A stretch of 64,000 nucleotides of DNA, from positions 256,001-320,000 of the forward strand of contig CAVZZA010000005.1 in assembly GCA_963779615.1 (NCBI GenBank), given 5' to 3'. The notes under the pieces are model-generated. The model had not been told where the DNA came from, ran no database searches, and saw nothing but the letters and a program-made list of their open reading frames with translations. This DNA is from an uncultured Nitrososphaeraceae archaeon (GTDB lineage: Archaea; Thermoproteota; Nitrososphaeria; Nitrososphaerales; Nitrososphaeraceae). The position numbers were made by a program, and so were the translations under genes. Of this stretch, positions 1 to 9,560 are shown piece after piece. The first letter of the stretch is position 1, and the number at the start of each line of letters is the position of its first letter.

Positions 1-178
1 ATTCCCTAATGTTGACATCATGACGGTTAGTCGCTCTTCTTATTTCAGGAACTGCAAATCCATCGTTTTTAAGCAGGATAACCTTGGCCCTGTATCCAGA
101 CTCTTTATCCTCAAGCATAAGACCATGTAAAATGTTTTTTTCACCATCAGTAAGCAATCTGGGGAAAGTGTCCCCCAT
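1..178 (-). mobile_element. IS630-family-like transposase, N-terminal HTH part (runs off window start)
   Basis: Manual translation from ATG at 178: MGDTFPRLLTDGEKNILHGLMLEDKESGYRAKVILLKNDGFAVPEIRRATNRHDVNIRE. The R-A-x-V-I-L-L...G...EI pattern matches IS630 N-terminal HTH domains. Confidence 0.65.
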
Positions 179-294
179 AATGATGGTTCAAAAGAAAGAG
201 CAAGCTATAGGTGTTATGGTAGCTGAACGAGCACTGTCAGTTTACATGAAAACACAATGCATTCTTTACACAACTGTTGAAAGAGCCCTGTTGA

Positions 295-585
295 CTAATC
301 TATTGTTCTTATATTGGTGATTAACGGAAATCGCCACACGTAAGCAAGGGTTGCAATACCCACAGGATCATCGGAGCTTGTTGGTCTGTTCATTTCATTT
401 TTTAGAACGCTACTGGTCATGTTCTGACCATCGGATAGTTGCTGTTGTTGTTGTTGTTGCAAAGATGTGTTGTTGTTGCTAGTGTTATTTTGTTGTTATC
501 CGTTTAAAGATTGAGGCAAAATTGGAAGTTGCGTGACCAAAAGAGATATAGTTCCAAGAAACAAATATGTAGTTAAAACTGATCT
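295..585 (-). pseudogene. 5' remnant of an exported DUF1254-like protein
   Basis: Frame reads SVLTTYLFLGTISLLVTQLPILPQSLNG*QQNNTS...DPVGIATLAYVWRFPLITNIRTID*. It has a signal-like hydrophobic stretch, an internal stop and an AYxW(G)FPL motif typical of DUF1254 N-termini, and ends shortly before the transposase. Confidence 0.5.
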
Positions 586-786
586 GATTTAATTTGTGTT
601 TGGAATAAAAAATCAATTATTATAAGATCTAATGGGCTATTTATAAACACTATTGAAATGTCATTCTCTATTTCTTTCTCATCTATATTCATTCATGTTT
701 ATGCAAATTGCACTATGTCACCAGACCAGAAATAAAGAGTATTTTGTAACGTTTCTACAGGAAAGTTGTAATAGATGCAAGATGGA

Positions 787-1431
787 TTACCCTTGTATTA
801 CGGTTACAGAAGTGCATTGGTTTAATAGTTGTGAAACCAATCCGGGTGTGTCGTCAATCTGGCTTTGTGTTACAAAGCAAGTTCCCTGCAAGTTGCTATT
901 GATTATAATGGTTTGTTCATTGTTGTTGTTGTCGTCGTCGTCGTCGTGTACTACTATAGTCTTAGGATAGTGATTGCCGTCATGGTTGTTGTTGCCGTCA
1001 TGGTCATGGTTGTTGTTGCCGTCATGGTCATGGTTGTTGTTGCCGTCATGGTCATGGTTGTTGTTGCCGTCATGGTCATGGTTGTTGTTGCCGTCATGGT
1101 CATGGTTGTTGTTGCCGTCATGGTCATGGTTGTTGAACCTGGACCCATCTCCAAAATTATGTTTATTATCGTTACCTTTAAAATAATTGTTATCACCCTG
1201 GCCCTTATACTTAGCACCTAAAGCCAAGTCTAGCCCGCTCATTGTGAAAGAAGTTAAAACAAGCATAATAGATATTGCCAATATTGTAACTTTTACCCTC
1301 TGGCATATGCATCTCCTTGGAGTCATGATACCTGTACCACTATTACCAAAATACATGATATCTGCTAATATCCCTAATGGAATCATTATCAGTTCTGTTC
1401 CTTTGGTTTTAATTGATTTCTTTATCTCCAT
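787..1431 (-). CDS. Exported or membrane-anchored low-complexity protein with (NNNHDHDG)n repeats
   Basis: 214-aa ORF with hydrophobic segment VTILAISIMLVLTSFTM, six HDHDG units, a poly-D/N tract and two C-terminal Cys. TATA-like TTTATATA lies about 30 bp upstream. Confidence 0.7.
   Translation of the reverse strand: MEIKKSIKTKGTELIMIPLGILADIMYFGNSGTGIMTPRRCICQRVKVTILAISIMLVLTSFTMSGLDLALGAKYKGQGDNNYFKGNDNKHNFGDGSRFNNHDHDGNNNHDHDGNNNHDHDGNNNHDHDGNNNHDHDGNNNHDHDGNNNHDGNHYPKTIVVHDDDDDNNNNEQTIIINSNLQGTCFVTQSQIDDTPGLVSQLLNQCTSVTVIQG
974..1136. repeat. 24-bp coding tandem repeat, about 6.5 copies
   Basis: Unit GTTGTTGTTGCCGTCATGGTCATG repeated head-to-tail without spacers; encodes NNNHDHDG on the minus strand. 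Confidence 0.95.
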
Positions 1432-1734
1432 TTTTCTATGATAATGATATATTGAATTAAATATATAAAATTCAATAATTAATTTTCAATAAGAAATAGA
1501 TAGTAGCCTGTTATGTAATGTATTTATAATTGATAGCCATTCATCATCCGCCTCACATTACCTCAGCAATGGTGTGATTTGATTGATTGCTCAGTTCATC
1601 CCGTTTATAAAAATAGCCCTATTACAAAAATCGCATTTAAAAGTGGTGGGAGACAATACATTATCCCTTGAATGTTCTGCAATAGATTGTGATTCTGTAT
1701 TAGTGACCGGAATGAAACGAATGTTTCATTACAT

Positions 1735-2250
1735 CTCCAATCAGTTTGCTTTCTTCAGTTTGTGGATTCCATCCCCTATGTTAAACGGACTAGATTACAG
1801 AAGCAGTAACCCTGCAATGGCGTTGCTTATCGTGTTTCGCGAAGAAAATCCAATGATTGTTCCTGCTGCCACACTTAAAGAACTTGCACCCATGCCACTC
1901 ACCTTTGAAAAATGAAAAAATATGATGGTAAGAATAGCATAAGAGCCATTATAGATATAGAACGAATGCCTTGATCCCACTTATCCAAATTTAAAGAGTC
2001 AGCTGTTCTGGTAAGGAAATAGTTAAAAACAAAATACGCAATAGGAGAACAGAACCAACGACGGTTACAAAAGACACAAAAAGACCATCGATTCACCATG
2101 AGTAGACAAAAGCTGTTTGTGATGCTGCGGAAGTCCCGATGGCAGGAAGACTGTAATTGATTTCGGCTGCATCCTCTTGGGCTAGTGCATTGCCGGTTGC
2201 CACTCCAAACAGTACAAAAGACAGAACATAACAATACATTGTCATATACT
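1735..2250 (-). pseudogene. Small-conductance mechanosensitive channel (MscS family) pseudogene
   Basis: Fragments in shifting frames: IAYFVFNYFLTRTADSLNLDK and SSLSVAAGTIIGFSSRNTISNAIAGLLLL*SSPFNIGDGI. These match the MscS TM3 segment and PFxIGD motif, with stops and frameshifts. Confidence 0.75.
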
Positions 2251-2459
2251 ATACCATTTTTAACCTGATAGTCCACGTTTAGTTATGCATGATAAAACAT
2301 ATCGCCAATAGTAATCAAGTTCTGATTCAAACACATTAGGTAGGAAAAGACATTTGATAGCAAATCCTTTGGCCATTGCCGGTTGTATTATAGGTATAGC
2401 ATGTTGTTCTGGGAGAGTGATTCCTATCTTGCATAGTTGCTTTGGACATGTGTTCTGCT

Positions 2460-3225
2460 ACCCCCTCCATTTTGCCGGGTATGAACGCAACAGCAAATCC
2501 AATCATGGTCGCAATGCCTATTTTCATACACCTTCTCCATAGGCTTCAGGAATCATTGATTCAGCTAACATGACAAGTATGGCACCAGCTGCAAAAGACA
2601 TTGATGTGGATATTATAAAGGGACTGGTTATTGACAATAAACTAAAACCTATCGTTGTTGACGCTGTTCTATTCAACACCGCAATTGACCAAGTCCAATA
2701 ATGTATCTGCGGCCTTTCCCGTTTGATTTCATGCCTTCTATAGAAGCTAACCCTTCAGGAAAATCAGAGATAAAAATTGATACAGTCAATACTGTGTTCA
2801 CAGCCCCACCCGTTACAAGAGATATTCCAAGGGCCATGTTCTATGGAATGTTGTCCATTATTGAGCCTACAAGTAAAGACAATCCTAAGCTTTTTGCCCC
2901 CAATCTGCCGTTTCACCATGGGACTTTTTTCTTTCTCTGTTGTCACCTTTTGATTTTTTATTCAGAATGTAGTTTGCCATTGTATAGGACAACCTCCGGC
3001 GCTAAAGCCTACTATAACCGGTGAAATGGATTGAGCCATGCTAAAGGCTTACTCTATCAGTGAAAAAGCCAAAGCTGCAACCAGTACCCCACTGCCAAAA
3101 GCCATCATGGTGGCAATAATTGATTTGGGTAGCCTTGCAAACAACGCTACAACAGAACCCAAGAGAAGAGGAATTCTGGCTACAAAACCACAAACTAAAG
3201 CGTGTAACACGGTGTTTGTTACCAA
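2460..3225 (-). pseudogene. ZIP-family (ZupT/GufA-like) metal transporter pseudogene
   Basis: Stitched translation: MMAFGSGVLVAALAFSLIE*AF...GSIMDNIP*NMALGISL...SIFISDFPEGLAS...SFAAGAILVMLAESMIPEAY...IGIATMIGF. These are typical ZIP motifs broken by stops and frameshifts. Confidence 0.85.
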
Positions 3226-3491
3226 ATCTTTTATCTTTCTGTTGATATTTTATTATATTTGTTATCAGGTAATTATAATCAATAGGTCTTCTCGTATATT
3301 TTTAAAAGTATGATTGAAGCACATGGTGGAGGGACACGGAGTAAAAATAACAATGATGGTTAAGGTGCTGCCTTTTCATTCAGCCCACCCTTAAATTAGC
3401 TCATGCCAGAGTTCAATTTCAAAAAGCTTTGGAAACAATTTGCACAGGTTTTGGAAAACAGCTTATAATCAGTAACGAATGTATCTATCTT

Positions 3492-4148
3492 GTGAAAGGT
3501 TATGATAAAACAAATAGTAAAAAAACTAATAGCAAAAGAATTGCTGTCTTCTCCATAATAGTTGGAATTGGCATAACAATGGCGCTTTATTATCTTGTGT
3601 CACCATTGTTTATCTCAACAGAGATAAATGAGCAGCTCCCCTCCAACATATTTTCCCCATCCTACCAGGAGTTTGAGGAAATGACGGAAGGACAAAGGAT
3701 TCATGCAGCAAATAACATGAGCAGTCATGACAAAAATCAAATGCTGATTCAATATGCAAATGTTGGCAATAGTAGCAGAATGGATGAAACCATGGATAAC
3801 AATAACAATAACACCATTATCCAAGCAAGCGGCAGGATTGGTCCCTTTGTAGGTGTTGGTGACGGGATACACAATGCAGAAGGCATTGCCAAAATAATTT
3901 CTCTAGATGACAATAGCAACATCTTAAGGCTAGAGGGTTTAAAGGCTACAAACGGTCCGGACCTGTATGTGTATTTAGCAACAGACAAGAGTGCATCAGA
4001 CTCTGTTAGCCTTGGGCGATTAAAAGCCAATAACGGTAATCAGAATTACGAGATACCCTTGGGAACCGATTTGTCAAAACATGATACCGTCCTGATATGG
4101 TGCAAAGCATTTTCGGTCCTGTTTGGCAGTGCGGAATTAAAGATATAG
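3492..4148 (+). CDS. Membrane-anchored DM13 domain protein
   Basis: N-terminal TM helix, then HNAEG...LRLEGLKATNGPDLYVYL...GNQNYEIP...VLIWCKAFSVLFGSAEL. Start probably GTG 3492 (ORF open from 3429). Confidence 0.88.
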   Translation: MKGYDKTNSKKTNSKRIAVFSIIVGIGITMALYYLVSPLFISTEINEQLPSNIFSPSYQEFEEMTEGQRIHAANNMSSHDKNQMLIQYANVGNSSRMDETMDNNNNNTIIQASGRIGPFVGVGDGIHNAEGIAKIISLDDNSNILRLEGLKATNGPDLYVYLATDKSASDSVSLGRLKANNGNQNYEIPLGTDLSKHDTVLIWCKAFSVLFGSAELKI

Positions 4149-4755
4149 AAATACTTCCTTTATTTTTTTTCATGATAAATGCACATAGCATCCACATATT
4201 TTAGAATCAAAGATGATTTAGATAATGACAGATTTACCAAACAGCATTAATATTGATAATCACAATTGTTGTTTGTACTCCAATTTAAGTTTAAATCACC
4301 TAGAGAATGATTTTTATTGTGCATATTTTTTACTGCTGACAACAATAAACAAATAATTGGAATCCTTATTTAATAAATGATTCATGTTTAATTCTAACAC
4401 ATGTCACGTTATCAGCATCATTATTCAAACCAATACACATGCATAGTTTCAATTATTTATAATAAATTGCTAAACACAAATGGGGATTATGCTATTACAA
4501 CTTGTCCATAAACGTAATCCTGCCTAACAATGAATTTACAATGAAAAATAATATTACAAGTGCTCTGTGATGATTTGTCCATGGGCAAAATAAATTCTTT
4601 TTATTTGTAGGAGTGTTGCCTTAAAGATCTGCAATTAACCAAACTCATAGAAGGCATGGCATTAGCAATATCTCAAAATCAACACGGTATCTATAAACAC
4701 GTCATTTGCATTTTTTATGGATATTGCCTGGACCAAATGTTGCACCTCAACACAC

Positions 4756-5589
4756 CTACGATTTTTTTGAGTTAGTTCCGGAACGCTTCCGCATATACAT
4801 TATTACGTCCACATTCCTACTCGGGTTGTAAAAGATTTCATCAGTGATTTTAACCAGTTCCTCCATCTCAAGAGGGCGGTCAATCGGCAGTTTTTTGTTT
4901 GCTTCATCAAATTCTGTTTCCAAAACAGCCCTTGAGTTCTTTTCCAAATCCAGTTCCGATTTGCACCGAACCAAATCTTTTTCCAGCAAAAATATTTCAT
5001 TTTCCTTGTCATATACAATATTTGTTAATCTATTTACTGATTCTCTCAAAGGCCTATTTCTCCGATACTCCTCCAAGTCATTCCCGGTTATGTCGTATTC
5101 ATCAATTATTTGCCTGATTTGCTCCTGTCTTTCAGATATCTCTTTATCAAGCGATTCCAAATGGATTTTCTTTTTGACGATGTATACTGGAAGGTCATTT
5201 AGTGAAAAGTCAACACTGTCCAGCATACTGCAAATTTCATCTATTTTTGATACAAATGCTTTTTCAGGCATCCCATGCTTAAAGCAGTATGTGTTTACCT
5301 GTTCAATCAGCAACTCCACATTTTCTTCCGCTAGTCCCAGCCTATCCAGTATTTTTTTTAACCTAACGGACGAGGCGAAATGATTTATATCAAGATTTTC
5401 CTTTTTTAATTTTACCGCAACCCCCCTAAGCAGAACAATGTCCGGCATGTTCATTTTGGCCTCCTCAATTATTCTGGAAACAGTCCCACCTCCAATATCG
5501 TTATTTGAAGATATTGTGTCACGGGAGAGCCCCTGAAGCCACTCTTTTATTACCGTTTTTTTCAACGAGTGCGGAATTCGCTGTCCCAT
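4756..5589 (-). CDS. Hypothetical protein with N-terminal HTH and long coiled coil
   Basis: Start at MGQRIPHSLKKTVIKEWLQGLSRDTISSNNDIGGGTVSRII (HTH-like), followed by E/K-rich heptads. The upstream ORF extension only translates a DNA repeat. Confidence 0.75.
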   Translation of the reverse strand: MGQRIPHSLKKTVIKEWLQGLSRDTISSNNDIGGGTVSRIIEEAKMNMPDIVLLRGVAVKLKKENLDINHFASSVRLKKILDRLGLAEENVELLIEQVNTYCFKHGMPEKAFVSKIDEICSMLDSVDFSLNDLPVYIVKKKIHLESLDKEISERQEQIRQIIDEYDITGNDLEEYRRNRPLRESVNRLTNIVYDKENEIFLLEKDLVRCKSELDLEKNSRAVLETEFDEANKKLPIDRPLEMEELVKITDEIFYNPSRNVDVIMYMRKRSGTNSKKS

Positions 5590-5696
5590 CTGTTTATTCT
5601 GACAATATAACACACTAATTGAATATATTAAATGGATTTTTTTTGTTTTGAAGGATGGCAAAACAACACACCTATTTGACCTTGATATGCCATTGT

Positions 5697-5755
5697 ACGG
5701 CAAATGGACGGCAAATGGACGGCAAATGGACGGCAAATGGACGGCAAATGGACGG
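5697..5755. repeat. 11-bp perfect tandem repeat ACGGCAAATGG x5 plus partial copy
   Basis: Read directly from sequence; lies about 108 bp upstream of the ATG at 5589. Confidence 0.97.
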
Positions 5756-6013
5756 GCACACCGGATTTGTTTCGCCGCTTTTTCACTCAACCAGCTATCC
5801 TACTAAGTTGTTGTTGTTCATCTTTGTGGGCCAAATAATAAATTTTCTGTGCATTGTTTAACAAAAAGACCATCAACAGTTGCCATTTCCTGTAACAATC
5901 AATAATCAGTTTCTGTAGAAAAAAATTTGCGTGTGCCGGTAAATCACAACATATGCGCGCGCACAAATACACGTCATGCGAACCAGCACGTCCGGTGGAA
6001 ACCTTGCTGTTGG

Positions 6014-7402
6014 CTATTTTTTCACAACGTAAAACTCCAGGAATTTTAGGCCATTTCTTTTGAGGGCTTTGGAAAGGTAATACTCAATCACCGCGTAAAA
6101 ACCGGGAAACGATTCCACCAGGCCGATTATGGGGCACAACACCAGGGTTTGAACATGCAAAAAAATTCTTTTAAGGAAACCCATTTTTGCGTACCGCAGG
6201 TTTAGAAAAAGCCCAATTTGGTAGGACACTAGCCAAATGATGCTTGTGAATATCAGTATCAAGCTCAAGCTGCTATCAAAAACCTGAATGTCAGTCAGCG
6301 GCCTAAAAATGTCGCTTGGCGAACTTAAAACGGTAATGATTCTGTCAAGCCAAACGGAAATGTCAAACCCCATGTTATAGGTCCAATCAAACCGGATATA
6401 CGAGAAAATGCTTGATATTTTTGGGATGTTCACATAGAACGTTATGGCCAGGGAAATCAGGCCCGAGATAAAGGCCAGGAAAAAAGACGTGCACCTGTAA
6501 ATCATACGCACCTTGAAAAGTTTAGAGTAGTTTTCAATGTTTTGAAGGTTGCCTATAATCCATCTTCTTCTTTGCATGAAATGATCCTTGATGTTAAGGG
6601 GCGGCTGCTCCAGCATGATTCCACCATGCCAACCCATGGAGTCCTTTCCAAATTTTTTATAGGTCTCAAATCCAAACCTCTGATCCTCGGCCAATATCGG
6701 GCCAAACTCCCATCCGATTGCGTCCTCAACATCAGACCTAACCAACAAATTGCTTCCATGCATGTGTATGGGGGGCGGGTTGTTCATGTGGGTCACACAC
6801 TCAAAGCAACCAAATGATCTTGGGGATTCTGCCAGGGCTGTAATCCTGTTTGCGATTTCAAATTTCAGCGGATAAAAGATAGGGCCTTCTGCGGCAATTC
6901 CCCTTTTTTCGCGGATAAACTTCAGCAGTGAAAGCACAGTCTGCTGAACAACATAACTCTCATCATCCATGTGGAAAACCCAGTAGTCTGAGGAGTGCTG
7001 GTTGTTTTTTCTCCTGTAGTCTACCGCATACTGCAATGCCCTTGCCTTTTTTATCGCGTTGGGCTTGAACTTTTTACTTACGCAGATGACCTTGCATGGG
7101 GAGGAGTTTAGTGTGTTGATGTCATTGTAGTCCTCCGTTACAACCAGTATCTCATACTTGTGATACTTGATGCCATTGCAAGACTCCCTAATCGAGTCTA
7201 TCCCCCTCTTCACAACAGGAGTTTTTGTTGCGGAACGGGTGGTTATTTGGAAAATAATATTTGGATCGTTCTTTATCCGAATCAGATCCTTTTCAATAAA
7301 CCTGTTTTTGTTTTTGATAAACCGATAGAACAACACAATAGCTCTGGGTATAAAAAATATCCACAGGACGGTAGCAATCAGGATTACGGCGTTATCAATC
7401 AA
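6014..7402 (-). CDS. Membrane GT2 glycosyltransferase (Egghead/Bre-3-like)
   Basis: Motifs WVFHMDDES (DxD-like), MHGSNLLV, AEDQRFG and EQPP...QRRRW; N- and C-terminal TM helices. Confidence 0.88.
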   Translation of the reverse strand: MIDNAVILIATVLWIFFIPRAIVLFYRFIKNKNRFIEKDLIRIKNDPNIIFQITTRSATKTPVVKRGIDSIRESCNGIKYHKYEILVVTEDYNDINTLNSSPCKVICVSKKFKPNAIKKARALQYAVDYRRKNNQHSSDYWVFHMDDESYVVQQTVLSLLKFIREKRGIAAEGPIFYPLKFEIANRITALAESPRSFGCFECVTHMNNPPPIHMHGSNLLVRSDVEDAIGWEFGPILAEDQRFGFETYKKFGKDSMGWHGGIMLEQPPLNIKDHFMQRRRWIIGNLQNIENYSKLFKVRMIYRCTSFFLAFISGLISLAITFYVNIPKISSIFSYIRFDWTYNMGFDISVWLDRIITVLSSPSDIFRPLTDIQVFDSSLSLILIFTSIIWLVSYQIGLFLNLRYAKMGFLKRIFLHVQTLVLCPIIGLVESFPGFYAVIEYYLSKALKRNGLKFLEFYVVKK

Positions 7403-7567
7403 TGAACTACCATAATATGCCCTTTAATAATAATTTAATTATCCCTTTGAAAAAGGTTTTGCCCAGATGGACAAATTAGCATTATCATCACTAACTATCT
7501 AACGTAAAGTTCTAGAAAAAGCATAAATAATAACTGTTATAAGTAATAGAATAATGAGTAATAATTT

Positions 7568-8488
7568 ATGCAGCCTGAAGGCAAGATGGGGAATTCAAAG
7601 CCAATAGCTTGCGAGTTTTGTAAAAATGATTCGGTTATTTTTGATACGAGCTCATTTGAGTACGTTTGCTCTTCTTGCGGATGCGTCTCAAACCAGGACC
7701 CCAACTCAGACACTGCAGTAAATTACAGAAGCAACTCAGGATACACAGACAGGACAAGGACGGGCATGCCAGAATCCCTAGCGGTGCACAACAAGGGATT
7801 GTCAACCCTTATAGGCATTGGGGATACGGATGCGAGGGGAAAGGCACTGGAGCCATCACAAAAAAACAGCATGCAAAGGCTCAGAACCTGGAACAACAGG
7901 GCACAGCTGAATGACTCTGTGTCGAGAAACCTGGAAAAGGCCTTAAAGCTGCTGAATAATTTTGGTGACAAGCTGTATCTCAGTCAGGCGGTAATGGAGG
8001 GGGCTGCCTACATTTACAGAAAGGCAGCCATAAAGAAACTTGCCAAGGGCAGGTCTACACTCGGACTGGTGGGAGCCGCACTTTATGCGGCCTGCCGTGA
8101 AACCGCAACCCCCAAAACCATAACAGACATCGCCAACGCGTGCAATATTTCTACAAAGGACATAATGTCCCATTATAAACTGATACTAAAGGAGCTTTCA
8201 CTGCAAATGCCTGTGTTGCGGGGGCCAGAGTATGTTACATTGATTTGCAACAGGCTGCAAATGAGTGAAAAAACCAAGAGAGAGGCATTGAGAATTTTTT
8301 CAATGGTGCAAAAATGCAGGATATCGATTGGAAAAAATCCCAGGGCGCTTGCCGGATCAATAATTTATCTTGCGTCCCAAAACTGCAACGAGTTTTTAAG
8401 GCAGGTGGAAATCTGCCAGGTTGCGGAGATTTCGACAGTGTCATTGAGAAAAAGATGCAAGGAAATCAAGTCAAGAATCGAAATGTAA
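7568..8488 (+). CDS. tfb: Transcription initiation factor IIB paralog
   Basis: Zn ribbon CEFC...CSSCG, RTG..GLST B-reader/linker, two cyclin repeats (AAYIYRKA, KGRS, AALYAACR, GKNP). Confidence 0.95.
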   Translation: MQPEGKMGNSKPIACEFCKNDSVIFDTSSFEYVCSSCGCVSNQDPNSDTAVNYRSNSGYTDRTRTGMPESLAVHNKGLSTLIGIGDTDARGKALEPSQKNSMQRLRTWNNRAQLNDSVSRNLEKALKLLNNFGDKLYLSQAVMEGAAYIYRKAAIKKLAKGRSTLGLVGAALYAACRETATPKTITDIANACNISTKDIMSHYKLILKELSLQMPVLRGPEYVTLICNRLQMSEKTKREALRIFSMVQKCRISIGKNPRALAGSIIYLASQNCNEFLRQVEICQVAEISTVSLRKRCKEIKSRIEM

Positions 8489-8514
8489 TAAAAAAAACAG
8501 AAAAAAACCCGGCG

Positions 8515-9468
8515 TCAAACAACATGCATGAATTGTGGAAACATCAATCCATCATCGGCGTCACTGATTTCGTTAATGTCTTTTTGCGACATTTTTAAAA
8601 ACGCCGATTCAAATTTTGGATAGGGCGCTTTTGATGAAAAAATGGTAAGAACTTTGTTTTTGTGAGTTAGTTTATACCCCATGCACGGCTCGTGCCCCCT
8701 TATGAGAAACTTGCATCCGGTGTTTGACAGCCACCTGTTTGTTACCCCGATTCCAAAATATTTTCCTATTCCCCTTCTAGAGAAAACCCAGTCTTTGTCA
8801 CTGGGCAGGTCCCTTGGATCATTCCATAATATTTCCTCCAGCAGTGTTTTGTTGTTCAGCGCATTGGATAAATTAATCTTGTAGTCCTCAAAAAAAAGCG
8901 GGTTCTCAACAACAGGCAGGCCACCATGAGTCAAAATCGAAAACCCGTTTATTTCGCAAACCAAGGGCAACGATTCAAAAAATGGCAAGACATGGCAATC
9001 ATAAAAACTGCCTGCTGGTTTCCCAAACTTGTTGGCAAGCCAAGGGTAAAAATCATAAGAGGAGAACGGAAAATGACTGTAGGATTCATGGTTGCCCCTC
9101 AACACAAAAACACTGTTTGGGTAGGAATTTTTTAGTTTGCAGATCACAAGCAAAACCTCCAGTGGATACTCACCCCTATCCACATAATCACCCAGGAAAA
9201 TCAGCAGGTTTGACTCGTTTTTTAAAAAGTCTGTGAAATGTATTCTCTCGATTATTTTTTTTAGGGTGAAAAAGTCGCCATGGATATCCCCAACAACCAC
9301 CAAATTTTCGGGAATTGGGAAATTAACGTAATGACCAGAGGTTCGCCCAGTCTTTGAAAAGGAGCCTTTGATCATTTGGTCAGCATGGATTGAAGCGGCC
9401 TTGTTTATTATGTTTGAGCACTCGTCGATACCGCAATCGAAAACCGAGAAAAAATCAGCAGCAGGCAT
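8515..9468 (-). CDS. PPP-family Ser/Thr protein phosphatase (PP1/PP2A-like)
   Basis: GDIHG, GDYVDRG, LRGNHE, HGG, LWNDP, RG..FG, IRGHE and LTIFS motifs. Start probably ATG 9468. Confidence 0.93.
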   Translation of the reverse strand: MPAADFFSVFDCGIDECSNIINKAASIHADQMIKGSFSKTGRTSGHYVNFPIPENLVVVGDIHGDFFTLKKIIERIHFTDFLKNESNLLIFLGDYVDRGEYPLEVLLVICKLKNSYPNSVFVLRGNHESYSHFPFSSYDFYPWLANKFGKPAGSFYDCHVLPFFESLPLVCEINGFSILTHGGLPVVENPLFFEDYKINLSNALNNKTLLEEILWNDPRDLPSDKDWVFSRRGIGKYFGIGVTNRWLSNTGCKFLIRGHEPCMGYKLTHKNKVLTIFSSKAPYPKFESAFLKMSQKDINEISDADDGLMFPQFMHVV

Positions 9469-9560
9469 GAAAAACAAAAAACAACGGAATAAAATAAAGG
9501 TATACACTCACCTTGTTGTTGTTGGTTTTAGCCTTAAACCAGTGAGGTGTCGGGATTATT

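Noticed and set aside
974-1136. Possible CRISPR array
   Set aside because: Repeats are contiguous with no unique spacers, keep the reading frame, and no cas genes are present.
865-1221. Poly-Val/Met, Thr-rich and SWLLLP-repeat ORFs
   Set aside because: Alternative-frame shadows of the 24-bp coding repeat.
2460-3225. Stop-codon readthrough (Pyl/Sec) in the ZIP gene
   Set aside because: Mixed TAA and TAG stops plus several frameshifts indicate ordinary pseudogenisation.
5590-5861. N-terminal RPFAVHLP repeats and the opposite-strand ANGRQMDG ORF
   Set aside because: Both are translations of the 11-bp DNA repeat; the credible gene start is ATG 5589.
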